A DNA stretch of 64,000 bases, from the NCBI GenBank assembly GCA_050012755.1, contig JBEKGO010000006.1:24184-88183 (forward strand), given 5' to 3'. Shown here in pieces: positions 47,729 to 57,293 of the stretch. A program made the position numbers and the translations under genes. The notes below the pieces were generated by a model. That model made no database searches. It had not been told where the DNA came from and saw only the letters and a list, made by a program, of their open reading frames with translations. Origin of the DNA: Candidatus Bathyarchaeia archaeon. Its GTDB lineage: Archaea > Thermoproteota > Bathyarchaeia > Bathyarchaeales > Bathycorpusculaceae. Position 1 is the stretch's first letter, and each line of letters opens with the position of its first letter.

Positions 47729-48211
47729 ATGGATAAAACAGATTATCGAATATTAAGCGAATTGTTGCTGGATTGTACACACTCATTTGTGAAAATTGCA
47801 AAAAAAATTGGGGTCTCACCGTATACGGTCAGAAGACGCTATGAAAAAATGAAAAAAGAAGGAACAATCTTCAGCCATATTGTGACAATCGACCTTTCCA
47901 AAATAGGATACCAGGGTAAAGCATTTCTATTGATAACCACTTCACCAAATGGCAACAAATCAGACATAATTTCACTCCTTAAGAAAATAAGGAATGTCAT
48001 TGTAGTAACAGAAACTATTGGACCTTATGATATCCTCGCAATTGCGCCCATTATAGATTTAGAAAGCATCCAAATGTTACTTAGGGACGCAAGAAAAATC
48101 CCGGATGTACAAAATATACAAATCGCTTGCAGCACTGATGTCAGTTTTCCGATTGGACAGAATTTTAGAAAAATACTTAGTGAGAAAGCGGCGAAACTGG
48201 CAACCACCTAA
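47729..48211 (+). CDS. Lrp/AsnC family regulator
   Basis: MDKTDYRIL, IAKKIGVS..TV.RR and GPYD motifs. Confidence 0.9.
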   Translation: MDKTDYRILSELLLDCTHSFVKIAKKIGVSPYTVRRRYEKMKKEGTIFSHIVTIDLSKIGYQGKAFLLITTSPNGNKSDIISLLKKIRNVIVVTETIGPYDILAIAPIIDLESIQMLLRDARKIPDVQNIQIACSTDVSFPIGQNFRKILSEKAAKLATT

Positions 48212-48283
48212 ATAATTAGATAAAGTCAATTTCCGGATTATTTCTGCATCGTTTTAAATAGTCACTTTGAAATTTATGTTTCA

Positions 48284-48897
48284 ATGAACACTAAAACAAT
48301 AGCAATAATAATCGCTTTTGCAGCCCTGACAACCGTTTTAAACCTAATTCGAATCCCAGTGCCTTTCCTACCTATTACAGCTATCAATTAGGTGATATTG
48401 CAATAGTTGTAGCATTCCTGCTTTTCGGTCCAAAATATGGAGTATCAGTCGCGTTCTTGAACATGTTTGTGTCAATGACCATTCTATTCGGGCCGGGAAG
48501 TTTTGTTGGTCCACCATACTACTTCATCTCTGTTCTCGCAATGTTGATGGGGATCTACGCTTATGAAAAACTGATTGCTAGCCGAAGGTTCCCACCCAAG
48601 ACTTATTCAACTGCCAAACCTGCACTACTCGCCACAGTTTTTGCAGTTTTGAGTCGAACACTTATCATGCTACCCCCAGATTACAGTGTATACGGCTTCT
48701 TGGTGTCGATTGTATCAAGTTTGAGCGTTTCTGCCTCGTACGCAATTGTTTTGGCAAACATGCCCTTGATAATTTTGTTCAATATTACAGTACCTCTCTA
48801 TGTCATCCCAACAAGTTACTTTATATCCACAAAGATTGCCAAAGGCTTGAAAATCGAACCAAATAATATGTTTACAAGTAAGCTAGAATCGATATAA
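48284..48897 (+). pseudogene. ECF transporter S-component with 1-nt frameshift
   Basis: ATG 48284 MNTKTIAIIIAFAALTTVLNLIRIPVPFLP continues in the -1 frame (48373) as YYSYQLGDIAIVVAFLLFGPKYG and joins ORF 48457-48897. Confidence 0.75.
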
Positions 48898-49020
48898 AGT
48901 AAGCTGTACTGTCTGTTCAAAAAATAAGTTGGCTAAAGTAAATATCTTGGCGTCCCAACTGCGTAATTCTTAATAAGTTATGTAAAATGCCTGATAATTA
49001 GACTTTGTTCCGAGACTATG

Positions 49021-49482
49021 TCACAGTTGCAGTCGCATGCCGTATCCGGGTTTGAAACCAAAGGTTTCATACAGCGATTTTCCTGCCTCTGAAGCGTCAA
49101 GATTTACTCTATCGTAGCCATGTGCCCTACACCAAGCTATAGCGGTTTCGACAATCAATCTCGCTACACCTCTTCTTCTAAATTCCCTCTCCGTATACAA
49201 GGACATCAAGTAAGGCACTTCCAAGAATTGGCTCATTGGTAAAGGTGGCTGTTCTCTAATCCAAATGCAACCGCTGCCTGCAACTTGTCTTTCCTCCGTT
49301 TTTGTGATGAACCCGATAAGTCTGCCCGAAGACAACTTTTCCCTAATCCACTCCAGCGTACGCTCTTCTGTTCCGGTCACGGGCAGTACTGGTTCCGGGA
49401 GAATATCGCACCACATATTCAATCTGTGCTTAGCTAAAAGCTCAGTATCCTTCAGGGTAGCGTATTGAATGTTAAATTTCAT
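49021..49482 (-). CDS. GNAT acetyltransferase
   Basis: YT..EFRRRGVA, LDAS..G and LYE.FGF motifs. Confidence 0.9.
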   Translation of the reverse strand: MKFNIQYATLKDTELLAKHRLNMWCDILPEPVLPVTGTEERTLEWIREKLSSGRLIGFITKTEERQVAGSGCIWIREQPPLPMSQFLEVPYLMSLYTEREFRRRGVARLIVETAIAWCRAHGYDRVNLDASEAGKSLYETFGFKPGYGMRLQL

Positions 49483-49619
49483 AGCTAAACTTTTCCCAAA
49501 TTATTCTTGATGATGAAATGGATAAGTTAAGTTTAAATCTTGTTGAGGACGGAACTGATGATAGCAGAGAGTTCGAATTAACTATAGGCAAACTTGGTAT
49601 TAGCTGGAGTTATAAATAA

Positions 49620-49787
49620 TTGAAGAAAAAACACAGCGTTGAAGTAAGTGAATCAGAAACTTTTGAGTCCTACAATGAGAAGCTGAGAAAGAAGTATGGC
49701 GAAAACTGTTTAGGGAAAGGCAAGTGCACCGGACTAGAATTTAAACGATGGTTAGCGTTGCGTGACAACAAAACGGAAATTCCATGA
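49620..49787 (+). CDS. Putative 55-aa protein (absent from ORF track)
   Basis: TTG start with GGAG upstream; MKKKHSVEVSESETFESYNEKLRKKYGENCLGKGKCTGLEFKRWLALRDNKTEIP. Confidence 0.35.
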   Translation: MKKKHSVEVSESETFESYNEKLRKKYGENCLGKGKCTGLEFKRWLALRDNKTEIP

Positions 49788-49821
49788 AAGGGATTAAAAA
49801 TTGTGGCAAGCGCACATCTTA

Positions 49822-49863
49822 GAGCATAATTATCAGGGCAATTCCTAACATAATTCTTAATTA
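49822..49863 (+). repeat. Copy 1 of a 42-bp promoter/operator-like direct repeat
   Basis: GAGCATAATTATC-N8-TCCTAACATAATTCTTAATTA, with arms identical to 51768-51809. Confidence 0.85.
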
Positions 49864-50008
49864 TTTTTACAATCATCGTGATTCTTTATCTTCACTTCCA
49901 AGTGTTGCGTGTCTTTTCACTAATGGTGCGTTGTTCAAACAGTGGACAGTTTCATGCTAAAGATCAGAAAAGTCAATATGCTAAAAAGCGGTTTCTCTGC
50001 ATTATTGA

Positions 50009-50065
50009 CCTAACGCTGAAGACATTAAACATGCAGAAGAGTTCGCTTCAAAATTGAAGGGGTAA
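50009..50065 (+). pseudogene. C-terminal remnant resembling a flavodoxin-family protein
   Basis: PNAEDIKHAEEFASKLKG-stop, preceded directly by an in-frame TGA. Confidence 0.4.
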
Positions 50066-50195
50066 ACTGCAAATCAGCATATACTCAGAACTTATTGTTC
50101 CTATATCGCGAGCTTAAGACACAGTAGTAACAAAAAAAGAACTCATCTCTGAACCTTCCGTAAAGTCTAAGAGCTAACCCAACAATACTGATTAA

Positions 50196-51407
50196 GTGAC
50201 TAAAATGGCTCCAGTATTCTCGAAAAGAGTCTTTTTGATAGGGCTTGTTATCGCCATTCTGGCTTCAAGTGGTGTTACGCCTACGGGTGCAACAGGAACC
50301 GCCTACACAGAAATGAACTGGAGCATTGTCACCGTGGATTCAACAGGAAACGTTGGCGCCTACCCTTCTCTTGCTTTGGACCCAAGCGGAAACCCCTGCA
50401 TAAGCTACTACGACCAAACGAATGGCGACTTGAAGTATGCTAAATCGCTTAACGGTTCCACATGGGCTATAGAAACGCTGGATTCAGCAGGAAACGTTGG
50501 TTTGGATAGTTCTCTTGCTTTGGATTCGGGCGCAATGCCACAGGTAAGTTACTTCGATGAGACAAACTCTGTTTTGAAGTTCTATGGGGGTCCTAATAAA
50601 ATTCAGACTGTTGACTCAACAGGAAACAATGGCGGCGGCTCTTCTCTTGCTTTGGATTCAGCGGGACGCCCATGCATAAGCTACACCACCTGGACGACTT
50701 TTGATTTGAAGTATGCAAAATGGACTGGTTCAGCCTGGAGCATACAAACTGTGGACTCCACAGGAGACGTTGGTAGTCCCTCTTCCCTTGTTTTGGATTC
50801 AGCTGGAAACCCATGCATAAGCTACTACAATGGCAACTTGAAGTATGCAAAATGGACCGGAACAGCCTGGAGCATACAAACTGTGGACTCCACAGGAGAC
50901 GTTGGCGCCTCCAATTCTCTTGCTTTAGACTCAAGCGGAAACCCATGCATAAGCTACTACGACCGATCGAATTGGGATTTAAAGTATGCAAAATGGACCG
51001 GAACAGCCTGGAGCATACAAACTGTGGACTCCACAGGAGACGTTGGCTGGTACACTTCTCTTGCCTTGGATTCAAGCGGAAACCCGTGCACAAGTTACTT
51101 CGACATGACGAATCATGATTTGAAGTATGCAAAATGGACGGGTTCAGCATGGAGCATACAAACTGTGGACTCCACAGGAGACGTTGGCTGGTGGACTTCT
51201 CTTGCCTTGGATTCAAGCGGAAACCCGTGCATAAGCTACTACGACATGACTAATGGTGACTTGAAGTATGCACATGGTACGCCTGTGGCCATTCCTGAGT
51301 CTCTATCAATTGTTGCTCTGATGCTGTTTATTGTGCCTGCTTCAGCTTTGGCCTTAGGGCTTGGAGGACCGCGTGCAAAGGTTCCTGCGAAGGCAACTAA
51401 AAAGTAG
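50196..51407 (+). CDS. Secreted 7-repeat beta-propeller surface protein with IPESL+TM anchor
   Basis: Seven ~47-aa repeats [12 protein letters not shown]...[16 protein letters not shown]...DLKYA; signal peptide. Confidence 0.88.
   Translation: MTKMAPVFSKRVFLIGLVIAILASSGVTPTGATGTAYTEMNWSIVTVDSTGNVGAYPSLALDPSGNPCISYYDQTNGDLKYAKSLNGSTWAIETLDSAGNVGLDSSLALDSGAMPQVSYFDETNSVLKFYGGPNKIQTVDSTGNNGGGSSLALDSAGRPCISYTTWTTFDLKYAKWTGSAWSIQTVDSTGDVGSPSSLVLDSAGNPCISYYNGNLKYAKWTGTAWSIQTVDSTGDVGASNSLALDSSGNPCISYYDRSNWDLKYAKWTGTAWSIQTVDSTGDVGWYTSLALDSSGNPCTSYFDMTNHDLKYAKWTGSAWSIQTVDSTGDVGWWTSLALDSSGNPCISYYDMTNGDLKYAHGTPVAIPESLSIVALMLFIVPASALALGLGGPRAKVPAKATKK
50706..51272 (+). repeat. Near-identical intragenic tandem repeats (period 141 bp, one unit 132 bp)
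   Basis: LKYA-coding anchors at 50706, 50838, 50979, 51120 and 51261. Confidence 0.92.
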
Positions 51408-51443
51408 ATGCCAAGTCCTAGAAAAATAATGCCGCACGGATAG

Positions 51444-51470
51444 ACCGAGAATGTTCATTTTGTTCTCGGT
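51444..51470 (+). terminator. Hairpin downstream of the propeller gene
   Basis: ACCGAGAA...TTCTCGGT 8-bp stem followed by TT. Confidence 0.4.
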
Positions 51471-51767
51471 TTCACCTCTGTCCCTCAGTTTAACCTTAGA
51501 GGGGCTATGCTTTAATAATTGAATGTGTTTCGCGCGCTCTCCTTAAAGAAGTTCAACTTGCGAATTATAGTTGTTTCTCTATTCTCTTTCTTCTGCAAAA
51601 GCCAGATGTCGAATTCTCTCAACACGGTAGGTTCTGAAATGGCGCGGGATGTTAGATTTACACCCACGTTTAAATTTCACACGAAAAATGTGAGAAACAT
51701 GAGTAAATCGATGCTTTTCGCATACTTACTTACGTTGAGAAAAGGTTCGCCCACGGATGGGCATTTT

Positions 51768-51809
51768 GAGCATAATTATCGCAGGGAATCCTAACATAAT
51801 TCTTAATTA
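51768..51809 (+). promoter_or_regulatory. ilvC promoter/operator region (copy 2 of the 42-bp repeat)
   Basis: Contains TATA-like TTCTTAA about 45 bp before the ilvC ATG and two CATAATT boxes. Confidence 0.6.
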
Positions 51810-51848
51810 CCTCATTGTTCAAAGTCTCTGGCTTGAAGGTAAAATAAA

Positions 51849-52916
51849 ATGGTAAAGATGGATTTCGGTGGCGTAAAAGAAGACGTTATCACAAGAAAAG
51901 AATTCACAGTAGAACAAGCACAAAAAATCCTCAAAAACGAAGTTGTTGTCTCACTTGGCTACGGTATCCAGGGTCAAGCGCAATCGCTTAACATGAGAGA
52001 CAATGGTGTAAAAGTAATAATTGGACAAGAAAAAGAAGGCGTGTTCAAAAGAGAATGGGACAAAGCAATCGCAGACGGCTGGAAACCAGGCGAAAACCTC
52101 TTCCCCATGGAAGAAGCAGCGAAAAAAGGAACCATCAAAATGTTTCTCCTGACCGACGCAGGACAAAAAATGGTTTGGCCAAAAATCAAAGCAACCCTCA
52201 AGGCAGGCGACGCACTCTACTTCAGCCACGGTTTTAGCATCGTTTACAAAGAACAAACAGACGTGATCCCACCAAAAGATGTAGACGTAATTCTTGTCGC
52301 ACCCAAAGGTTCAGGCACCTCTGTTCGCAGAAACTTTGTTGACGGAACTGGCATAAACTGCAGCTTCGCAGTTGGCCAAGATGCGACAGGCAAAGCAATG
52401 GACCGTGCTAAGGCCATGGGAATAGCCATCGGCGCAGGCTACCTGTTCCCAACAACCTTTGAAAAAGAGGTTTACAGTGACCTAACAGGCGAACGAGGCG
52501 TCTTAATGGGCGCACTTGCAGGCATAATGGAAGCGCAATACAATACTCTACGTGAACACGGACACAGTCCAAGCGAAGCCTTCAACGAAACAGTCGAAGA
52601 ACTAACCCAGAGTCTAATTCGCCTAGTCGATGAGAACGGCATGGACTGGATGTACTGCAACTGCAGCGAAACCGCACGCATTGGCGCGCTACGCTGGAGA
52701 CCCCGTTTCCGTGAAGCCACTCAACCAGTGTTTGATTCGCTCTACGAGCTCGTCGCTGCAGGAGAGGAAACACGCATCGTACTAGAAAAGAGCAAAGCAC
52801 CAGACTACCGCCAAAAACTCGCTGACGAACTAAAAGAAATGGGTGACAGTGAAATGTGGCGTGCAGGCCAAACCGTACGCTCATTACGCCCTGGAAAAGC
52901 TAAGAAACAAGAGTAA
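51849..52916 (+). CDS. ilvC: Ketol-acid reductoisomerase
   Basis: GYGIQGQAQSLNMRDNG, FSHGF, APKGSG, SDLTGERGVLMG and EAFNETVEE motifs. Confidence 0.96.
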   Translation: MVKMDFGGVKEDVITRKEFTVEQAQKILKNEVVVSLGYGIQGQAQSLNMRDNGVKVIIGQEKEGVFKREWDKAIADGWKPGENLFPMEEAAKKGTIKMFLLTDAGQKMVWPKIKATLKAGDALYFSHGFSIVYKEQTDVIPPKDVDVILVAPKGSGTSVRRNFVDGTGINCSFAVGQDATGKAMDRAKAMGIAIGAGYLFPTTFEKEVYSDLTGERGVLMGALAGIMEAQYNTLREHGHSPSEAFNETVEELTQSLIRLVDENGMDWMYCNCSETARIGALRWRPRFREATQPVFDSLYELVAAGEETRIVLEKSKAPDYRQKLADELKEMGDSEMWRAGQTVRSLRPGKAKKQE

Positions 52917-53008
52917 TTTTTACTCTTTTCTCTAATTTTTTTGAAAAGAAAATAGCTATTTTTCTACATAAGGCTTAAATTTGTATTACATGTATTTCTG
53001 GTATAAGG

Positions 53009-53353
53009 TTGGTTGATGTGCAGAAAACCTTAGAAAAAGAAACGATAGTTCCCGTTCGCTTTCCCAAACAGGAACTGCAAAAAATTGACGAAGCGGCGAA
53101 ACGAGCAGGAGCAAAGTCGAGAAGCGCTTTCATTAGAGAAGCAACTGAAAAGTACATCCAAGAAGTTGGAGGCTTGAAAGTCATTGAGATAAGAGAAAAC
53201 GTTAGTATAAAGGAAGCTAGAAATGACGTCCTTGCTTACATAAAAGAACATAAAGAAGCGGAAACCTTTGACATTGCCAATGATCTGAGGCTTGACTTAG
53301 ACATCACGGTTAAAGTCTTAAAGCAACTATGGGAAGAGGGGAAAGTAAGTTGA
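53009..53353 (+). CDS. RHH (CopG) domain plus C-terminal winged-helix protein
   Basis: VPVRFP...KIDEAA...SRSAFIREA; IANDLRLD...L.QLWEEG. Confidence 0.8.
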   Translation: MVDVQKTLEKETIVPVRFPKQELQKIDEAAKRAGAKSRSAFIREATEKYIQEVGGLKVIEIRENVSIKEARNDVLAYIKEHKEAETFDIANDLRLDLDITVKVLKQLWEEGKVS

Positions 53354-53674
53354 TAGGCGCAGAAGTTGGAGATCAACTTAAAGCTGAGCAAATCATCTGC
53401 GAATGCCGCAGAATGAAAGGCCCAGTCCTTATTCACAAGGGTTCACATAGAGCGCAAAGATACGTTTCGGAAGGTCTTCCTGCACTGGCAATAGTTTCAA
53501 AAAAGTGGCGTCTCAACCAATAATTAGCTAAAGTTCTTAATACCTACTTTCAGGATCAGACCTTCGTGGGTCCAAGCCTTTTTTTAGCTCAAGTAAAATG
53601 GCCATGAGGTTAGCATTTCTTTTTTTAGGAAAATCAATTGCCAGCTGTTTGTTCCAAAAGCGCTTTTAGGATCG

Positions 53675-54307
53675 ATGATAGACACTGATGGAGAGGACAT
53701 AAGATTGATTTCAGAACTCAAATTTGAAGTACCATCATGGAATCAGATATATGATATGCTGGTTGAATTATCTCAAAAGATACGCGGCTGCGGTTTTAAC
53801 CCAGAAGTTATTGTTGGCATTTCCAGAGGAGGATGGCTCCCCTCACGTGTTTTGTCGGATTTGCTTGAAAACCCATATATTACTAGTGTGACAGCCGAGT
53901 TTTACGTTGGTGTCTATGAAACAAATTGCGAACCTAGATTGACACAGCCAATTCCAATTAGTGTTTTTGATAAGAAAATCTTGCTCGTGGATGACGTTGC
54001 AGACTCTGGTAGAAGTGCGATGTTGATAAGGGATTATCTTTGCCGAGAGGGAGTGAAGGAACTAAAGATTTTGACACTCTATTATAAGCCATGGAGCAAA
54101 CTTGTACCTGACTTCTACAGCAAGGAAACAAGCGACTGGATAGTCTTCCCATGGGAAATTAAGGAAACCCTCAGAAAACTTCTGAAAAAATGCACCGAAA
54201 CCAAGGAACCATTCAAAAACGCGGTCTCAAAACTCATTGAAGCTGGCGTTAACAAGGAACTCATAGAACATTTCTTAAGCGAGTTATCTCAGCACAAAAA
54301 TCCCTAA
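53675..54307 (+). CDS. Purine phosphoribosyltransferase (Gpt/HGPRT-like)
   Basis: SW, GISRGG, LVDDVADSG, PDFY and WIVFPWE motifs. Confidence 0.9.
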   Translation: MIDTDGEDIRLISELKFEVPSWNQIYDMLVELSQKIRGCGFNPEVIVGISRGGWLPSRVLSDLLENPYITSVTAEFYVGVYETNCEPRLTQPIPISVFDKKILLVDDVADSGRSAMLIRDYLCREGVKELKILTLYYKPWSKLVPDFYSKETSDWIVFPWEIKETLRKLLKKCTETKEPFKNAVSKLIEAGVNKELIEHFLSELSQHKNP

Positions 54308-54390
54308 GAAAAAGCGTTACACTTAGAAAAGGCGGAAGGAGATTCGGGCAGTCCGCAGGCAAGTTTTTTTTCGTGCCATTCAAAGTGAGT

Positions 54391-56181
54391 TTACTTTAAT
54401 GCCTTAACCCATTCATTTGCGTTCATAAAGCATGGGGACGACGGATTCTTTTTCCTGTAGGCGTGGCTAAGCCTTACCGCCATCGGCGGTATTATGCCGG
54501 CTTTATCTAATAATCCCTCGTCTGAAAAAAATCCTCTTGTAGACCCATCGTAAAGCACTGTTCCGCTGTGCATTACTATTACTCTTTTAGTGTGTTCGGA
54601 AACCAAAGTCATATCATGCGTTATGGAAAGGATTGTTGTGCCAGCCTTGTTAAGTTCCTCCAGCAGGTTCATTATGTCCTCAGACATCCTGAAATCTTGA
54701 CCAGTGGTCGGTTCGTCCACAATCATGATTTTCGGATTCATCGCGAGGATAGAAGCAACCGTCAACCGCCTCTTTTCGCCAGTTCCCAAAAACATTGGGT
54801 CTTCATCGATCTTCGCCAGCAAACCCACGCTTCGCAGGGCTTCGTTGACTCTCTTTTCAATTTCCTGCGGAGGGATTTTCAGGTTCTTCAACCCGTATGA
54901 GACTTCATCACGCACTTTACGCATGAAGATCTGGTTATCAGGATTCTGGAAAACATAGCCAACATAGCAGGGAATTCTCTCAACGACTTTGCGATCCCTC
55001 AGATCCAAACCCATTATTCTCACGTCGCCGCGGAACTTGCGGTATAATCCGCTGATGACTTTAGATATGGTTGATTTTCCCGCGCCGTTCTGGCCGATGA
55101 GCCCCACGTACTCGCCTTGTCTTATCATGAAGTTTACTCCTCTGAGCGCTTGGGTTCCATCTTCATACCAGAAGTTGAGGTCTTTGACGTTGATTATTTC
55201 CTTCGCGTTGCTGTCAAGAGGGTCATCTTCAAGGTTTTCCAAGCCTGGGCTCTTGTTTTGGCCACTTATCGACTGCACCATTTCGTCAACTGTAAAGGGA
55301 ACTCTTTCATTGAACAGTAAACCTGAGTTCCACCCTATCCTCGCAATGTCTGAAGAGTAGAGCCCGTTTTCTTCGAACAGTTTCCTCTGCGAATAAACCT
55401 GTCTGGTGATTCCGTAAGCTATCGTTTCACCGTTATTCAGGGCAAGTACCCTGTCAGCGTATTTCTGCATGACTTCCGGGTTATGCTCAACAATCACTAT
55501 CGTGATGTCATACTGATTCCGTATGTTGTCAATCGCCTTGATTATGCTAAGTTTTCCTTCGGGATCAAGGTTAGACATGGGTTCATCCAATACCAGCAGC
55601 TCGGGTCTAAGAGCGATGAAAGAAGCAATTGCAGCCCTCTGCTTCTGACCGCCAGACAACTCGCTTGGGTGAACGAGGTCAGCGATTTCCCAGAGGGAAC
55701 CTAAGCCGACGATTTCGAGCGCCTCCTTCGCTCTGCTTTCAATTTCACTAACTGGGAGACCAAGCATCTCCATTCCAAAGCTGATCTCATGCAGAAGATC
55801 CATTCTAAGAAACTGGTTTTCAGGATCCTGAAGCAGCAACCCAACTCGGGGCGCGGTCTGCTTCATCCCGACAATTCTGTCGGTGGTTTTACGAGTTTCT
55901 TCGTCAAATACCGTCTCAACCCTGGTCAATGTTTGCCCGAAAAGTTTTATCTCCCCCTTGATGTGCTCTCTCTCTTTCCCCTTGGGAACACTGAAGACAT
56001 TCGGTATGACTCCCGTCAAGGCGTAGCAAAGAGTGGTTTTTCCAGCTCCGCTTGGACCGATTATTCCGAAGAACTCACCTTTGTCCACTTTGAAGGATAA
56101 CCCTTTAAGCGTGAACGGGTTTTCGACGCCTACGTAGGATCGGTATTTCCACCAGAAATCGTTGACTTCCAACACCGACAT
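54391..56181 (-). CDS. ECF transporter fused double ATPase (EcfA-A')
   Basis: Two Walker A motifs (GPSGAGKT, GQNGAGKS), QDP/QNP Q-loops, LSGGQ and DEP motifs. Confidence 0.93.
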   Translation of the reverse strand: MSVLEVNDFWWKYRSYVGVENPFTLKGLSFKVDKGEFFGIIGPSGAGKTTLCYALTGVIPNVFSVPKGKEREHIKGEIKLFGQTLTRVETVFDEETRKTTDRIVGMKQTAPRVGLLLQDPENQFLRMDLLHEISFGMEMLGLPVSEIESRAKEALEIVGLGSLWEIADLVHPSELSGGQKQRAAIASFIALRPELLVLDEPMSNLDPEGKLSIIKAIDNIRNQYDITIVIVEHNPEVMQKYADRVLALNNGETIAYGITRQVYSQRKLFEENGLYSSDIARIGWNSGLLFNERVPFTVDEMVQSISGQNKSPGLENLEDDPLDSNAKEIINVKDLNFWYEDGTQALRGVNFMIRQGEYVGLIGQNGAGKSTISKVISGLYRKFRGDVRIMGLDLRDRKVVERIPCYVGYVFQNPDNQIFMRKVRDEVSYGLKNLKIPPQEIEKRVNEALRSVGLLAKIDEDPMFLGTGEKRRLTVASILAMNPKIMIVDEPTTGQDFRMSEDIMNLLEELNKAGTTILSITHDMTLVSEHTKRVIVMHSGTVLYDGSTRGFFSDEGLLDKAGIIPPMAVRLSHAYRKKNPSSPCFMNANEWVKALK

Positions 56182-56186
56182 ATCTT

Positions 56187-57254
56187 TTACCTCATGAACA
56201 AGGCGGTGATGCTGTGTCCAAGAATGACCTCGTATATTAAGAATCCGACGAGAATCGTGACAATCGTGAAATCAACGTAAGTGAATCGCTTCGTCTCCTT
56301 GTAATCCGTCATGTCATGTGACGCTTCGAAGCCTCTGGCGTACAATGCGACGCCCATCTCCGTAGATCGCCTAATCATGGTTGCAACAAGCGGCACCGAA
56401 ACGTAGGCGAGGTCGATGAGTCTTGAGAAAACACTTTTCCGCAGTACGTTGGCTGCGCGGGCGACCTGCGCGATTCTGATATTCTGGTAGTCAATCAGAA
56501 TCGTGTTCAAATTCCTGAACATGAGCGTTACAAAGAAGGCTTTTCGAAATGAAAGTTTCAGCTGTTTGAGTGCTCCACCGATCTCGGTATCCCTCGTAGT
56601 AAGAAGGAACAGGAAAGACGAGTAAATCATCACTCCGAACCCTAACGCCTTCGCAAACGCAACCGTCGCCGCCCACTGAGGCAACAAAAATGAATAGACC
56701 GGCCCAATAGAAATCTTGCCCCACGTGAACAGCGATGAATAACTAATCGCGCCAGGCATGACAGCGAACCACCAAAGCAGAACTGCCGGAATCAGCGACA
56801 GAAAGACGCTTCTTGACTTGTAGTAGACCAGCGCGAAGACGCCGACGAAAACCACCGTTGAAAAGCCAAGCGGCAGGAATCCTGGCCAAAAGTAAAATGT
56901 CGCTCTTGCCCCAGTCAGGTCCCAGTTGAAGAAGAGCCACCAGAAGAACTGCCCGAGGAGAACTGGCAGAGCTAGCACGAGGTAAGAGTTCGTCAAGTAC
57001 TTTGCCGTCCTCGAAATTATCAAAAGTACAAATACAAGAAGCAGCAGCAAGGCTAAGCCTATGAAGTCTGGGCCGCCGCTTTTAACTGGGATGTCAAACA
57101 TGTACAAGGCTAAGACCGACATAGCCACAATCATGAAGAATTTTGTTATGACATGTAACTTCTCTATGGGTGTTCCCGTTCTCATAGAAAAAATAAAGGT
57201 GCACACGTACTTCTTGGAAGTACGACGTGCCTCCACGTCTGACCTTGCCAACAA
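56187..57254 (-). CDS. ECF transporter transmembrane component T
   Basis: Multiple TM helices plus AQVARA and ALYARGF coupling motifs. Confidence 0.9.
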   Translation of the reverse strand: MLARSDVEARRTSKKYVCTFIFSMRTGTPIEKLHVITKFFMIVAMSVLALYMFDIPVKSGGPDFIGLALLLLLVFVLLIISRTAKYLTNSYLVLALPVLLGQFFWWLFFNWDLTGARATFYFWPGFLPLGFSTVVFVGVFALVYYKSRSVFLSLIPAVLLWWFAVMPGAISYSSLFTWGKISIGPVYSFLLPQWAATVAFAKALGFGVMIYSSFLFLLTTRDTEIGGALKQLKLSFRKAFFVTLMFRNLNTILIDYQNIRIAQVARAANVLRKSVFSRLIDLAYVSVPLVATMIRRSTEMGVALYARGFEASHDMTDYKETKRFTYVDFTIVTILVGFLIYEVILGHSITALFMR

Positions 57255-57293
57255 CTTTCCCCTTTAAACTTTTTTCTTCAAGGATAGTCGTTC

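Noticed and set aside
48389-48391. TAG read-through (pyrrolysine) in the S-component gene
   Set aside because: The continuation is in a different frame, so a frameshift explains it.
49510-49558. Possible C/D box sRNA (ATGATGA...TGTTGA...CTGA)
   Set aside because: No clear D' box, the second guide is only about 8 nt, and no target was identified.
50593-51216. 207-aa antisense and 101-aa alternative-frame repeat ORFs
   Set aside because: By-products of the in-frame tandem repeat.
50706-51272. CRISPR array or DGR
   Set aside because: The repeats are in-frame coding units without unique spacers, and there is no cas gene, reverse transcriptase or template repeat in the window.
51519-51794. 91-aa ORF upstream of ilvC
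   Set aside because: No motif, atypical composition, and it overlaps the ilvC promoter repeat.
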